DNA of 52,009 bases from Candidatus Nanohaloarchaea archaeon (lineage in GTDB: Archaea > Nanohalarchaeota > Nanosalinia > Nanosalinales > Nanosalinaceae): the NCBI GenBank assembly GCA_042218075.1, contig JBDGRK010000010.1, forward strand, positions 1 through 52,009. The letters are read 5' to 3'. This document shows positions 27,351 through 37,438 of this stretch, piece after piece. Both the position numbers and the translations under genes were made by a program. The notes under the pieces are model-generated. The model did no database searches. It had not been told where the DNA came from and saw nothing but the letters and a program-made list of their open reading frames with translations. Every line of letters begins with the position of its first letter. Position 1 is the first letter of the stretch.

Positions 27351-30300
27351 ATGGAGTACGGGGAGGCGGTGACCGAGTTCGAGGAGTTTTTCTCTGAAGA
27401 ATACTACGAGGAGGTAGCCGAAGCAGTACAGGAAGGAGAGGAATCGATAGTAGTAGACTTCATGGAGATGGATGTGTTCAATCCCGAGCTCAGCGACTTT
27501 CTCAGGGAGGATCCGGACTCCGCACTTGATGCGGCTGAAGAAGGAGTGAAGGGAGTCGATATTATCAGCGATGAAGAGTTAAGGGTTCGTTTCTTCAACA
27601 TGCCCGAGGAGGAGTTCGTCCTGATCAAGAATCTGAGGTCGAAGCATCTAGGCAAGTTTGTGCCGATCAAGGGCATGATCAAGAGAGCCTCCCAGGTCAA
27701 GCCGGAAGTTGTATCCGCAATCTTCGAGTGCTCCCAGTGTGGAGACCGCTATGAGAAAGAGCAGGACTCCTCAGAACTGAAGTCTCCTTACAAGTGCGAC
27801 TGCGGTTCGAGGAAGTTTGAGGTGCAGGAGAAAAAGATGACCGACACGCAGAACATAGTTGTCGAAGAAGATCCAGAGTCAAGGGAGGGATCGGAACAGC
27901 CCTCGACGCTTGGAATAAGGCTGAGAGGCGACCTTGTGGATCCTGACTTCCAGAAGAAAGTCGTCCCAGGAAACAAGGCAGAGATCACTGGAGTTCTGAG
28001 GGAAACGCCTCTACAGAAGAATTCGAAGAAGTTTGACATCTACATGGAAGGCAACTACCTGGATCCGACAGAGCAGGAGTTCGAGGAGCTGGAGCTTGAT
28101 GAGGAAGAGATAGAAGAGATAAAGGAGCTCGCGGAAGATCCAGAGATATTTGATAAGATTGCGAGAAGTATTGCTCCAAGCATCTACGGCCACCATCAGA
28201 TAAAGAAGGCGATAGCGCTCCAGCTTTTCGGCGGGGTCAGGAAGACCCGGGAGGACGGTGTTGAATCCAGGGGAGATATTCACATTCTTCTGATAGGTGA
28301 GCCGGGAACAGGTAAGTGTGTCGCACCCGGAACAAATGTATATAAGAACGGTGAAAGGAAAAATATAGAAGACATAGTGGAATCAGGGTTGAATGATTCA
28401 GATCAGATTGAAGAGATAGATGACGGAGTATACGCAGAAGTGGATCTTGAAAGCATTGGAATAAATTCTGCTGGAGAAATCGAGAACAAGAAGGTTTCAA
28501 AAGTCTGGAAGAGAGATGCGCCTGAAGAGATGATCCGGATCACTACTAACTCCGGGAGAAATATAGAAGTTACACCTTCTCATCCTCTTTTCATCCAGAG
28601 GCATGGAAGTATAGAACCTGTTAAGGCAGAAAAACTCAAAGAAGATGAATTTATCGCGGCAAACAGAAGTCTTGAAATCAATGGAGAGGATCCCATAAAG
28701 GTAGATTACAGGAAATCCAAAGCAAGGAATTCAGTCCGCCTGAATCCTCCAGAGAAGATCGATCCCGGCTTCGCCAGGTTGCTCGGCTACACTGCCGCCG
28801 AAGGATATATACAACAGAGAGAAAGTAATTCTAACGCTTTATACATCACTAACAATGACGAAGAGATACTTGGAGATATAGAGCAGCAGCTTGAGAGGCT
28901 CGGGGTTAATCATGAAAGGAGATATCCTCATGAAGGAAAAGAGGCTGAAGAAATTATTTGCTGTTCATCAGAACTAACCAGTTTCCTGACAGAACTGAAT
29001 CCTTCCCTGGACAAGCCTTCAAGCGAAAGAAAAATGTCGGACAAGATCTTCTCAAGCTCCAAAAAATGTGTTAAAGGGTTTCTGAAAGCTTTCATTGATG
29101 CGGAGGGAACAGTTTCTAGGAAAGAAAGGGAAATCTCTGTCGGTTCTACGAGCAGGGAAATACTGGAACAAATACAGGACTCGCTCCTGAGGTTTGAAGT
29201 CCAGTCGCAGCTAAGGCCTAGAGAAGAAAGCTTCAGACTCAGGATGAGTGGAAAAGACTTCGAAAGATACATAGAAGAGATAGGGCTGGTAACGGAGAGA
29301 AAGATAGAATCAGCCAGCAAGTTCGATTCAGATATGAACACTAACACAGATGTCGTACCGCACGTCGGAGAGCCATTTAGAAGAATAAGGAAAACGCTTG
29401 GAATGACACAGTTCGACTTCTCAATCGATAGAGGAAGCTACCAGCACTACGAGAGAATGGATAGGAATCCCTCCAGGAGCAACTTTGACAGAGTTGTGGC
29501 CGACTTCGAGGAGAGACTGGAAACCATGGCTGGAATGCTAGAGACCTTAGAGAATCCTGACTGGGAAACGATCAAACAGGTGCGGAAAGAACTTGGTTTC
29601 AGTCAGAACCAGATCTCGGAGAATATTTCAGGCTCACAGACTCTTCTAAGCAGCTATGAGAACCAGGAAATTAAGAAGGAAAATAAAGAATTGAAGAGTG
29701 AGACCATCGGCTATCTGACCAGAGAAATACTGGAAAGGATATCAAGAGCAGGTGAGAAAATCAGGCAGATGAGAGAATTGGCTGAAAACGATATAAGATG
29801 GGACAAAATAGAGAAAATTGAACGCATCCAGCCTGATTACGACAATATATATGACTTGGAAATCCCGGAACAGCACAATTACATAACGAATGGCCTGATC
29901 TCTCACAACTCCCAGATGCTGCAATTTACAGGAGAACTAGCCCCGAAGGGAAGATACGTGGTCGGAAAAAGCTCGACCGGCGCCGGCCTGTGTGTTACGG
30001 GAGACACTTTAATACATACCGAGAAAGGCTTCAGGGAAATAGGCGAGATCGGAAGGAAGGAAATACCATTTGAAACGAAAAGGGAAACTGCGAAAGATTG
30101 TAGAATGGAGCTTCCGAGCTTCAACGAAGGAGAACTAGATAAATCAGTATCGAATCTTGTATGGCGGATGCCTGAGAAAGATTGTCATAGAATCGAAACA
30201 GTATATGGGAAGGAGATAGAGGCATCCGATAATACCGAAATATTGAGCTGCGACGAATCCGGTCTTGAGTGGAAAAAAATAAGCGAGATTGAAGAAGGAG

Positions 30301-33300
30301 ACTTTATAGCAGCTCCGGATTACAGTGAGATAGAAAGACAGAAACCGGACGCCTTAGGTTACTACAGCTTTGACAGAGAAAAGTTCAAGCTGAAACCAGA
30401 ATCCGCAGAGAAAATAAGGGAGAGGATGAGGAAAGAGTACGGCGATCTCAGAACTGCTGCATCTGAAATGGAGCTCTCTGAAGACTTCGTTTACACGAGC
30501 ATTAAGCAAAGATTCGTGCCGAATAAAAGATTGAGGCACATTCTGAATGAACTGGACCTGGAATTCAGTGAGCTGGAAATCGACGAGATAATGCTCCAGA
30601 ACGGAGAAAGCTTTAGCCTGCCGGAAAAGTTTGACGGTGATATGATGTACCTTATCGGCTTAGTTTTTGGTGACGGCAATATTTCAGTTGAAGATAAGAG
30701 AGGACTGGTGAGAATATCGAATTCAGAAACAGAATTACTGGAAAGAGTCAGGGAAATTATAAGAGAGAAATTTGATAAACAGGTGGAGATAGAGGAACAT
30801 GAGGAAAGAGTTCCCTACATCAGAATCCACAGCAAAACAATAGCAAAATTCTTCGAGAACATCGGAATGCGGAGTCCGAAAGAGGGTCTGGAGCTGAATT
30901 CAAGGCTGACATTAGAAGAAGATGCTGATTACTTCCTTAGAGGCTTATTCGACGCGGACGGTAGCGTGGTTTCGAGAAACAATAGCAGTGATAGTATCCA
31001 GTTATCGACAATAAGCCACAAACTGGCGGACCAGGTCCAGCTAATGCTTGAGACATATGGAATACAATCAAGGAAAAGAACCAGAGACAGGAGAGGAGTA
31101 GAAAAACTGGAAAACGGCCAGGAAATAGAGTCGAAATCCGTGCAGAAACATCTGGTGATAAGAGGAGAGAATATAGACAAATTCGCCGAGAAAATAGGCT
31201 TTGGAAGCGAAAAAAAGGAAAATGCCCTGAAAAGAATAACCGGGAAGGATAGAAATTCGAACATTGATGTTGTGCCAGTAAACCAGATTCTTCAAAAGTC
31301 AGAGGCAAGCGGAGGAAATCACTGGAGCTACTTTAACCAGCAAAAAAATCCGGGGGAGGAGAGATTCCAGAAGATACTTTCGGAAACGTTAATTGAGGAT
31401 GATTTAGATCAAGCCGCGAGAGAAATATCTGAATCAGAGGTAAACTGGGAGGAAGTGAAAAAGATAGAAGAGACTGGAAAGAAAGAATTATTCGACTTGA
31501 CAGTACCTGAAACTAACAATTTCTTTGGGAATGGCATAATAACCCACAACACTGCTGCTGTTGTAAGAAATGAGCAGACGGGAGAGTTCGAGCTTGAAGC
31601 AGGTGCTGTTGTCTTAGCAAACAAAGGAATGGCAGCTATAGACGAGATAGACAAGATGAGCTCGGAGGACCGCTCTTCGCTCCACGAGGCGATGGAACAG
31701 CAGTGTTTCGGCCCTGAACTCAAAGTAACGAGGCCTGATGGTACGATTGAAGAGATTTCGAACATAGTTGATCCCTGGATTGAAAAAGAAGATTCAAAGG
31801 TCCAGAGAGACGGTAAAGAGATCTTGGAACTGGATGAAGGGGATGAAAAAATCTTTACGTTTTCTGGCGGAGAAGTCGAACAAAAATCTGTTTCGGTCGT
31901 TGGCAGGAGACCTGCACCGGAAAAGATGCTTGAGATAGAACTGGAAAACGGCAGGAGAATAAACGTGACAGAGGAACATCCTTTCTACCAGTATAAAGAT
32001 GGAGAGATTACTGAAACTGAGGCTGAAGACCTGAATTTAGGAGAGTATATCATCGCTCCGAGAGAGATTCCTGTAGAAGGAGAGGAGCAAGAACTGAATG
32101 ATATCGAACATGAGGAGGCCAGGAAAGAAGTGGAGATACCTGAACACAATTCTCCTGCTCTAGCCAAATTTACAGGTTACCAGGTATCTGATGGCGGGTA
32201 CGAACTGAATAGAGGAGAAAAAGTAGGGTTCAACTTCACCAATTCAAATGAAGAACTCCTAAAGGATTACGAGGAGTGTATTGATGAATTATTCGGTGTT
32301 GAACCCTATGTTAGAGACAGAGATACCCGGAAGGAAATGAGAGTAGTTTCGACGGAACTTAAGAACTGGCTGGAAGAACTTGGACCCATTCTGGAGAAAA
32401 GAGAGGAGAAGAAAATACCCGGGAGGTTGCTTAAATGCAGGAAAGAGGAACTGAAGCATCTCCTGAGAGCTTTCTTTGACGGTGATGGAGGGGTTTACAG
32501 AATTCAGCGAGGATACAGGATAAGAGCAGTGGTTGAAAACAGGGAACTGATTGAACAGGTCCAGGATATCTTGATGAGGTTTGGAATTCATTCGAAAATT
32601 CTGGAGGATGGAAATGTCTGGAGACTGGAGATAACCAGATACCCGGATATTGAAAAGTTCAGAGAGCATGTTGGATTCCTTTCGGAAGAAAAACAGAGAA
32701 GGTTGGAGGAAGCTACAGAGAGAGAAAGAGATTCGAAGGAAGTTGTTCCGAATATAAGCGAAAAACTCATGGATCTCGTACAGCAGTCTGGACTTAAACA
32801 GAAAGAAATTTTTGACACAAACCTTAAATCTATCTACACGGATGTATCAAGGAAGAGAGTTCTACATGTATTGAGACTGGTCCGGGAAAGACTCAAGAAT
32901 ATTGACGGAGTAGATTACAGCCAGGAAATAGAAGATTTGAGGAAAGTGAGAGAAAAATTCAAAATTTCTGGAAAGGAGATTGCTGAAAGGATAGGGGTAA
33001 GTCCCTCGCTAATACATCAATGGGAGAAAAAAGGCACAGAGAGGAGGAAAGAATATGTCAAAGCTCTACAGAGTATCCTGGAAGAGAAAGAGCAATTACT
33101 GCTGGAGGTCGAGAGAATAGAGCAAACTGTCAAGGGAACAAGATTTATCCGGATAACGGGCGTTGAAATGAAAGAACCAGATTTCGAATATGTATACGAT
33201 CTGACAGTGCCAGGTACAAATAACTTCATAGCAGAAAACATGATTGCACATAACTCCATCTCTATCTCGAAAGCAAACATCCAGGCGACGCTACACGCTC

Positions 33301-34046
33301 AGACAAGTATACTTGCGGCGGGAAACCCCAAGCTCGGAAGGTTTGATCCCTACGAGCCAATCCCGCAGCAGATTGATATCGGAGATACACTGCTTTCAAG
33401 GTTCGATTTCATCTTCCCGGTTAAGGATGAACCCGACGAGGAGAAGGACGAAAAGCTTTCCTCACAGGTGCTGAAGAACCATATCGAGCCGGAGGATACC
33501 GACGCGGAGATACCGCAGGGAATGCTGAGGCGCTATGTCGCTTACGCGAAGAAGAACCTGAGACCCGACCTTACACAGGATGCAGCGGACAAGATCCAGG
33601 AGTTCTACGTCAACATGAGGGCGAAAGGTGGAGGAGAGGCAGGAGACTCCGTCCCGATCACCGCGAGACAGCTTGAGGCGCTTGTCAGGGTCGCGGAGGC
33701 CTCCGCGAGAGCTGAACTTAAAGAGGAAGTTACGGAAAAGGATGCGGACAGGGCGATCGACATTCTCACGTACTCACTGAAGCAGGTGGGAGTGGATCCG
33801 GAGACAGGGGAGTTCGATATTGACGTGGTGGAGTCGGGAGTTACATCCTCCCAGAGGAACAGGGCCCAGACAATAAAACACATACTCAAGCAGATGGCGG
33901 GAGACGAATCCGTACAGATGGAGGATGTGCTGGATGAAGCTGAATCCGAGGGACTTGATAGAGAAAAGGCGGAGAAGATGATCAAGCAGTTAATGAGAGA
34001 TGGAGAAGTATTCGAACCCGAGCCAGGCAAGGTAAAGATGATGTGA
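27351..34046 (+). CDS. mcm: MCM replicative helicase precursor with three inteins (about 663 aa after splicing)
   Basis: Zn finger CSQC...CDC, Walker A GEPGTGK/S, IDEIDKM, HEAMEQQ, LLSRFD, TARQLE and a C-terminal winged helix. Start at ATG 27351. Confidence 0.97.
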   Translation: MEYGEAVTEFEEFFSEEYYEEVAEAVQEGEESIVVDFMEMDVFNPELSDFLREDPDSALDAAEEGVKGVDIISDEELRVRFFNMPEEEFVLIKNLRSKHLGKFVPIKGMIKRASQVKPEVVSAIFECSQCGDRYEKEQDSSELKSPYKCDCGSRKFEVQEKKMTDTQNIVVEEDPESREGSEQPSTLGIRLRGDLVDPDFQKKVVPGNKAEITGVLRETPLQKNSKKFDIYMEGNYLDPTEQEFEELELDEEEIEEIKELAEDPEIFDKIARSIAPSIYGHHQIKKAIALQLFGGVRKTREDGVESRGDIHILLIGEPGTGKCVAPGTNVYKNGERKNIEDIVESGLNDSDQIEEIDDGVYAEVDLESIGINSAGEIENKKVSKVWKRDAPEEMIRITTNSGRNIEVTPSHPLFIQRHGSIEPVKAEKLKEDEFIAANRSLEINGEDPIKVDYRKSKARNSVRLNPPEKIDPGFARLLGYTAAEGYIQQRESNSNALYITNNDEEILGDIEQQLERLGVNHERRYPHEGKEAEEIICCSSELTSFLTELNPSLDKPSSERKMSDKIFSSSKKCVKGFLKAFIDAEGTVSRKEREISVGSTSREILEQIQDSLLRFEVQSQLRPREESFRLRMSGKDFERYIEEIGLVTERKIESASKFDSDMNTNTDVVPHVGEPFRRIRKTLGMTQFDFSIDRGSYQHYERMDRNPSRSNFDRVVADFEERLETMAGMLETLENPDWETIKQVRKELGFSQNQISENISGSQTLLSSYENQEIKKENKELKSETIGYLTREILERISRAGEKIRQMRELAENDIRWDKIEKIERIQPDYDNIYDLEIPEQHNYITNGLISHNSQMLQFTGELAPKGRYVVGKSSTGAGLCVTGDTLIHTEKGFREIGEIGRKEIPFETKRETAKDCRMELPSFNEGELDKSVSNLVWRMPEKDCHRIETVYGKEIEASDNTEILSCDESGLEWKKISEIEEGDFIAAPDYSEIERQKPDALGYYSFDREKFKLKPESAEKIRERMRKEYGDLRTAASEMELSEDFVYTSIKQRFVPNKRLRHILNELDLEFSELEIDEIMLQNGESFSLPEKFDGDMMYLIGLVFGDGNISVEDKRGLVRISNSETELLERVREIIREKFDKQVEIEEHEERVPYIRIHSKTIAKFFENIGMRSPKEGLELNSRLTLEEDADYFLRGLFDADGSVVSRNNSSDSIQLSTISHKLADQVQLMLETYGIQSRKRTRDRRGVEKLENGQEIESKSVQKHLVIRGENIDKFAEKIGFGSEKKENALKRITGKDRNSNIDVVPVNQILQKSEASGGNHWSYFNQQKNPGEERFQKILSETLIEDDLDQAAREISESEVNWEEVKKIEETGKKELFDLTVPETNNFFGNGIITHNTAAVVRNEQTGEFELEAGAVVLANKGMAAIDEIDKMSSEDRSSLHEAMEQQCFGPELKVTRPDGTIEEISNIVDPWIEKEDSKVQRDGKEILELDEGDEKIFTFSGGEVEQKSVSVVGRRPAPEKMLEIELENGRRINVTEEHPFYQYKDGEITETEAEDLNLGEYIIAPREIPVEGEEQELNDIEHEEARKEVEIPEHNSPALAKFTGYQVSDGGYELNRGEKVGFNFTNSNEELLKDYEECIDELFGVEPYVRDRDTRKEMRVVSTELKNWLEELGPILEKREEKKIPGRLLKCRKEELKHLLRAFFDGDGGVYRIQRGYRIRAVVENRELIEQVQDILMRFGIHSKILEDGNVWRLEITRYPDIEKFREHVGFLSEEKQRRLEEATERERDSKEVVPNISEKLMDLVQQSGLKQKEIFDTNLKSIYTDVSRKRVLHVLRLVRERLKNIDGVDYSQEIEDLRKVREKFKISGKEIAERIGVSPSLIHQWEKKGTERRKEYVKALQSILEEKEQLLLEVERIEQTVKGTRFIRITGVEMKEPDFEYVYDLTVPGTNNFIAENMIAHNSISISKANIQATLHAQTSILAAGNPKLGRFDPYEPIPQQIDIGDTLLSRFDFIFPVKDEPDEEKDEKLSSQVLKNHIEPEDTDAEIPQGMLRRYVAYAKKNLRPDLTQDAADKIQEFYVNMRAKGGGEAGDSVPITARQLEALVRVAEASARAELKEEVTEKDADRAIDILTYSLKQVGVDPETGEFDIDVVESGVTSSQRNRAQTIKHILKQMAGDESVQMEDVLDEAESEGLDREKAEKMIKQLMRDGEVFEPEPGKVKMM
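28317..29909 (+). mobile_element. Intein 1 in MCM Walker A (531 aa, LAGLIDADG endonuclease plus two HTH insertions)
   Basis: Junctions GTGK|CVAPGT...ISHN|SQML. Block B VTPSHP. Endonuclease motifs LLGYTAAEG and FLKAFIDAEG. Confidence 0.95.
29991..31550 (+). mobile_element. Intein 2 in MCM (520 aa, LAGLIDADG endonuclease)
   Basis: Junctions GAGL|CVTGDT...ITHN|TAAV. Endonuclease motifs LIGLVFGDG and FLRGLFDADG. Confidence 0.95.
31704..33254 (+). mobile_element. Intein 3 in MCM (517 aa, LAGLIDADG endonuclease plus HTH insertion)
   Basis: Junctions MEQQ|CFGPEL...IAHN|SISI. Block B VTEEHP. Endonuclease motifs FTGYQVSDG and LLRAFFDGDG. Confidence 0.95.
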
Positions 34047-34048
34047 TA

Positions 34049-34441
34049 CTACTCGAGCATATATCTGGACTCGCCATCGAATTTGAAGTACCCTCTCAAG
34101 AGCTCCTCGATGGTAGAATAAACGGGCTCAGATATTTGCCCGTCAAAATCTTCCTCACCGCAAGATTCAAGAAGCTGATCTCTCCTATCCCGAACCATTT
34201 CTACATATTCCTTGGGGCCTTCGGCCTGACCAATCATTGCTGATAGATTTCCGCCGATCAGAGGGTTTCCTCCATTCTTCTTAAACTTCCTGATATTCTT
34301 ATTGACATCCCCCGCTCTTTCAGAGTTTCCCTGGATAAAACCGCCACTTATTTCCATCATATACCTGACCAATTCCTCAAATTCATTTTGACTCATCTCT
34401 TCTATCTCTTCCAGGTAAGTCTTTCCCGTATGTTGGACCAT
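34049..34441 (-). CDS. Hypothetical protein
   Basis: 130-aa acidic ORF with an upstream TTTATA box; no recognised motif. Confidence 0.6.
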   Translation of the reverse strand: MVQHTGKTYLEEIEEMSQNEFEELVRYMMEISGGFIQGNSERAGDVNKNIRKFKKNGGNPLIGGNLSAMIGQAEGPKEYVEMVRDRRDQLLESCGEEDFDGQISEPVYSTIEELLRGYFKFDGESRYMLE

Positions 34442-34522
34442 ATCTAAACTTCAATAGATGTTTCTATAAAATTCGGGTCAAATTAGGTTAGATACATAAG
34501 AATTTAGAGGTGACCCTAAAAC

Positions 34523-35263
34523 ATGCCACAGCAGGAGAGACAGACAGCCAAGATCGCGAACACAGAGGAGCTAAACTCCGGAAAATACTTCCAGCAGGAA
34601 GGTTTCACGCCTAATTATCTTCTGACACCGGAGGGACGGAGGTTTTCACGTGCAAGGGTCGTTGCGACTGTGGTAGATTCTTTCACGAATGAAGACGAGA
34701 CCTATGGCTCTCTTACACTTGACGATGGAACTGACACGATCCAGATCAAGTTTTTCAACGACCTGCAGAAGATTGAAGAGTTCGAGAACGGCGATATTGT
34801 CGAGGCGGTCGGAAAGGTGAGAGAATACCAGGGCCAGATCTATATGAACGCGGAGATTCTGAGGAAGAGGGATGTTGAAGAGGAGCTGCTGCACGAGCTT
34901 CGACACGTCAAGACACACAAGAAGTGGGAGCAGATCAGGGAAACTGTGGAGCAGCTTAAAGAGTCAGGCAAGAACCAGGATGAGATTGAGAAAGAGATGG
35001 CTGGAAAGCTGAAGGAAGAGGAAGTTGATTCCCTTCTGCAGTCTTTCGGAGAAAAGTTTGACCAGCCGGAAGAAGATCTGGAGAACCTTGAGAGAGATGT
35101 GATCGATGCGGTGGAGAAGCTTGACGAGGGAGACGGAGCCGACTACTCCGATATAGCGGACGAAGTGGATGCTCCCGAAGACTCGCTTGAGGATACGATA
35201 AACTCTCTCCTGAGCGAGGGAACCTTCTACGAACCCCAGCCCGGCAAGATCAAGAAACTGTGA
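34523..35263 (+). CDS. RPA32-like protein (OB fold plus C-terminal winged helix)
   Basis: SRARVVATVV, LTLDDGTDTI, VGKVREY; C-terminal INSLLSEGTFYEPQPG winged helix. Confidence 0.85.
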   Translation: MPQQERQTAKIANTEELNSGKYFQQEGFTPNYLLTPEGRRFSRARVVATVVDSFTNEDETYGSLTLDDGTDTIQIKFFNDLQKIEEFENGDIVEAVGKVREYQGQIYMNAEILRKRDVEEELLHELRHVKTHKKWEQIRETVEQLKESGKNQDEIEKEMAGKLKEEEVDSLLQSFGEKFDQPEEDLENLERDVIDAVEKLDEGDGADYSDIADEVDAPEDSLEDTINSLLSEGTFYEPQPGKIKKL

Positions 35264-35328
35264 AGCTTTTTTAATTCACTCAGCTCCTAGAAAGCATTTA
35301 ATAGCCTGGATATCACTATATCGGAAAT

Positions 35329-35847
35329 ATGAAAGCTCGATTGATCTTCCTGTTTTCAATTATTCTAACTTCGGGCTGCATCTCTCTATCTTCGACTCAA
35401 TCCGCCGAGGCTGAGGTAGTTAAGGTGACGGATGGGGACACTGTTGAAGTGCTTATAGATGGAAGAAAGGAGACGGTACGCTTCGATGGTATCGATACTC
35501 CCGAAGTACATGCGGAAAATAAACCGAAAGCCTTTGAAGGAATAAAAAATTCTCAAGAAGGAAAAAATTGTCTCAGAAGCTACGGTGAGAACGCCTCGAG
35601 TTACGTGAAGCAAAGAATCGGAAACTCAACCGTAAGGCTTGAGTACAAGAAGGGAATTTTGGCCGAGACAAGGGGAGATTACGGAAGGTTGCTCGCAGAG
35701 ATATTCTATGATAATAAGTCTCTCAACCAGGAACTGGTGGAGAAAGGCCTGGCGCGCTCCTACACGGAGGAAGGTCCTTACTTTGAGGAGGAAGTGGAAG
35801 CCAAGCTCGATATGAGAGGAGTCTGGAAATGCCAGAGAGTAGGTTAG
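35329..35847 (+). CDS. Thermonuclease (SNase-like) lipoprotein
   Basis: Lipobox-like LTSGC, then VTDGDT, RFDGIDTPE, YGRLLA and NQELVEKGLA. Confidence 0.9.
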   Translation: MKARLIFLFSIILTSGCISLSSTQSAEAEVVKVTDGDTVEVLIDGRKETVRFDGIDTPEVHAENKPKAFEGIKNSQEGKNCLRSYGENASSYVKQRIGNSTVRLEYKKGILAETRGDYGRLLAEIFYDNKSLNQELVEKGLARSYTEEGPYFEEEVEAKLDMRGVWKCQRVG

Positions 35848-35878
35848 CAATAAGAAGATTTACCCTGATTTCTTGTTT

Positions 35879-36274
35879 ATGGAAGACTACGAAGAACTTC
35901 TTGAAAAAGGGCTTGAAGAGACGGAGGATATTGAACAGGGAGAGAGGTTTGAACTTCCTGTCGCCGACACAAGGAAGGACGGTTCGAAGACGATTATAAC
36001 GAACTTCTCGGAGATTGCCGAGACGATCAAGAGGGATGAAAAGCATTTCTCCAAGTACATCCAGAACGAGCTGGGAACAGCCGGACACGTTGAAGGCGAT
36101 GAGATGGTGCTGAACGGAGAGTTCAGGAGAGGAAATGTACAGGCAAAGGTCAAGCAGTACGCGGAAGAGTACGTCTACTGTGACGAATGTGGCAAGGCCG
36201 ACACAGAGATCACAAAGGAGAAAGGCGTGGAGATGATGAAGTGCCAGGCCTGCGGAGCCAGGAATCCGGTCTAG
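35879..36274 (+). CDS. eif2b: Translation initiation factor aIF-2 beta subunit
   Basis: ERFELP, KTIITNF, ELGTAG and zinc ribbon CDEC...CQACGA. Confidence 0.95.
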   Translation: MEDYEELLEKGLEETEDIEQGERFELPVADTRKDGSKTIITNFSEIAETIKRDEKHFSKYIQNELGTAGHVEGDEMVLNGEFRRGNVQAKVKQYAEEYVYCDECGKADTEITKEKGVEMMKCQACGARNPV

Positions 36275-36283
36275 GTGGTTGAG

Positions 36284-36565
36284 ATGGCGGAAGAGAAAAC
36301 CGATGAAAGGGATGAAATATCGACTGAACTGCTTAATGAATCACATCCTTCAACGGAAAGAGAAGAACTTTAAGGTTTCCTGGAAAAGGCTCAAGAATTA
36401 ATCCAGAGCGATTATCATCCTAGTAAGCTCGGCCTTAAAGTTGCTGAAGCATATGATGAATCAAGATATGAGGGTTTGGAAGACTATTTCAGAGGTTTAA
36501 CTGAAAATCTCTTTGAAGACGACGAAACTGCTAAATTCAGGATGGGCTGGTTCAGCTACGGTTAG
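36284..36565 (+). pseudogene. Acidic ORF interrupted by an in-frame TAA
   Basis: SD AGGTGG plus ATG 36284, 29 codons, TAA at 36371-36373, then 63 further sense codons to TAG 36565. Confidence 0.55.
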
Positions 36566-36665
36566 CCATTAATCTCATTTATAAAAGTTCCTCCCGGTTT
36601 CTGGTCTAGGTGTAGGGATGGCAGGTTGATAGCCTGTTATCTTTCCTTTTCAGGTGTAAGACGAG

Positions 36666-36893
36666 ATGACAGATCAACCTCAGCAGATGGACGGTCAGCA
36701 AGTAATGCAGGTAATGCAGCAGAAACTAGGAAACATAGAAATCACTGTACACGCTCTTCTATCAGTTCTCCAGGAAGAAGGAATTGTGGATCAGGAAGAG
36801 ATCAACGAGAAGGCGGAAGAGATAGTCCAGGAGATGCAGGAACAGCAGCAGGAAATGAATCCTGAAGATCTTGAAGACCAACTGGAAGACTGA
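36666..36893 (+). CDS. Small acidic Gln/Glu-rich hypothetical protein
   Basis: SD AGGTG; helical 75-aa ORF with a HALLSVLQEEGIV core. Confidence 0.75.
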   Translation: MTDQPQQMDGQQVMQVMQQKLGNIEITVHALLSVLQEEGIVDQEEINEKAEEIVQEMQEQQQEMNPEDLEDQLED

Positions 36894-36953
36894 GAAAACT
36901 GCTAGAGAGGAGTAAAATCCTCAAACATTTTATTTTTAATTGTAATAGGGGAA

Positions 36954-37433
36954 ATGAACACTCCAGCCTCAAACGACGAATTCGATGTTTCTAACAAATT
37001 ACTTTCTGAGATAGAATCTGCTTATATGGAAACTGATGGAGACAAATTTAGAATACTCGATATTGGATGCGGAACAGGAAGATATCACCAAGAACTGGAT
37101 GAATTTTCTAAAAACTTAGGAGACAGAGAAATTGAAATAATAGGGATCGATAAAAATATACACAGCCTTAAGCACGCAATTTTTGAAACCGAGTATGATT
37201 TTTACGGCCCAAGAAAACATAGAAGAAAAAAAGATGTTGAATGTATTGGCCACGAGCTAAGCCAAGAAAACCTTCCCCTAAAGGATGACTCTGTAGATTT
37301 CGCCTGTAGTAGAGCAGTATCACATCTAGTTAAGAACTACCGATCTGTAGAAGACTGGGAGCAAGTCAAAGAAGAAGCTGAAAGAGTGCTTAAAGAGGGA
37401 GGCCGACAACTAAATTACACAACTTTATACTGA
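36954..37433 (+). CDS. Class I SAM-dependent methyltransferase
   Basis: ILDIGCGTG, IGID, LPLKDDSVD, RVLKEGG. Confidence 0.85.
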   Translation: MNTPASNDEFDVSNKLLSEIESAYMETDGDKFRILDIGCGTGRYHQELDEFSKNLGDREIEIIGIDKNIHSLKHAIFETEYDFYGPRKHRRKKDVECIGHELSQENLPLKDDSVDFACSRAVSHLVKNYRSVEDWEQVKEEAERVLKEGGRQLNYTTLY

Positions 37434-37438
37434 TCAAG

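Noticed and set aside
36371-36373. Stop-codon reassignment or programmed readthrough
   Set aside because: TAA terminates many clear genes in this window. A single case is better explained by mutation or sequencing error.
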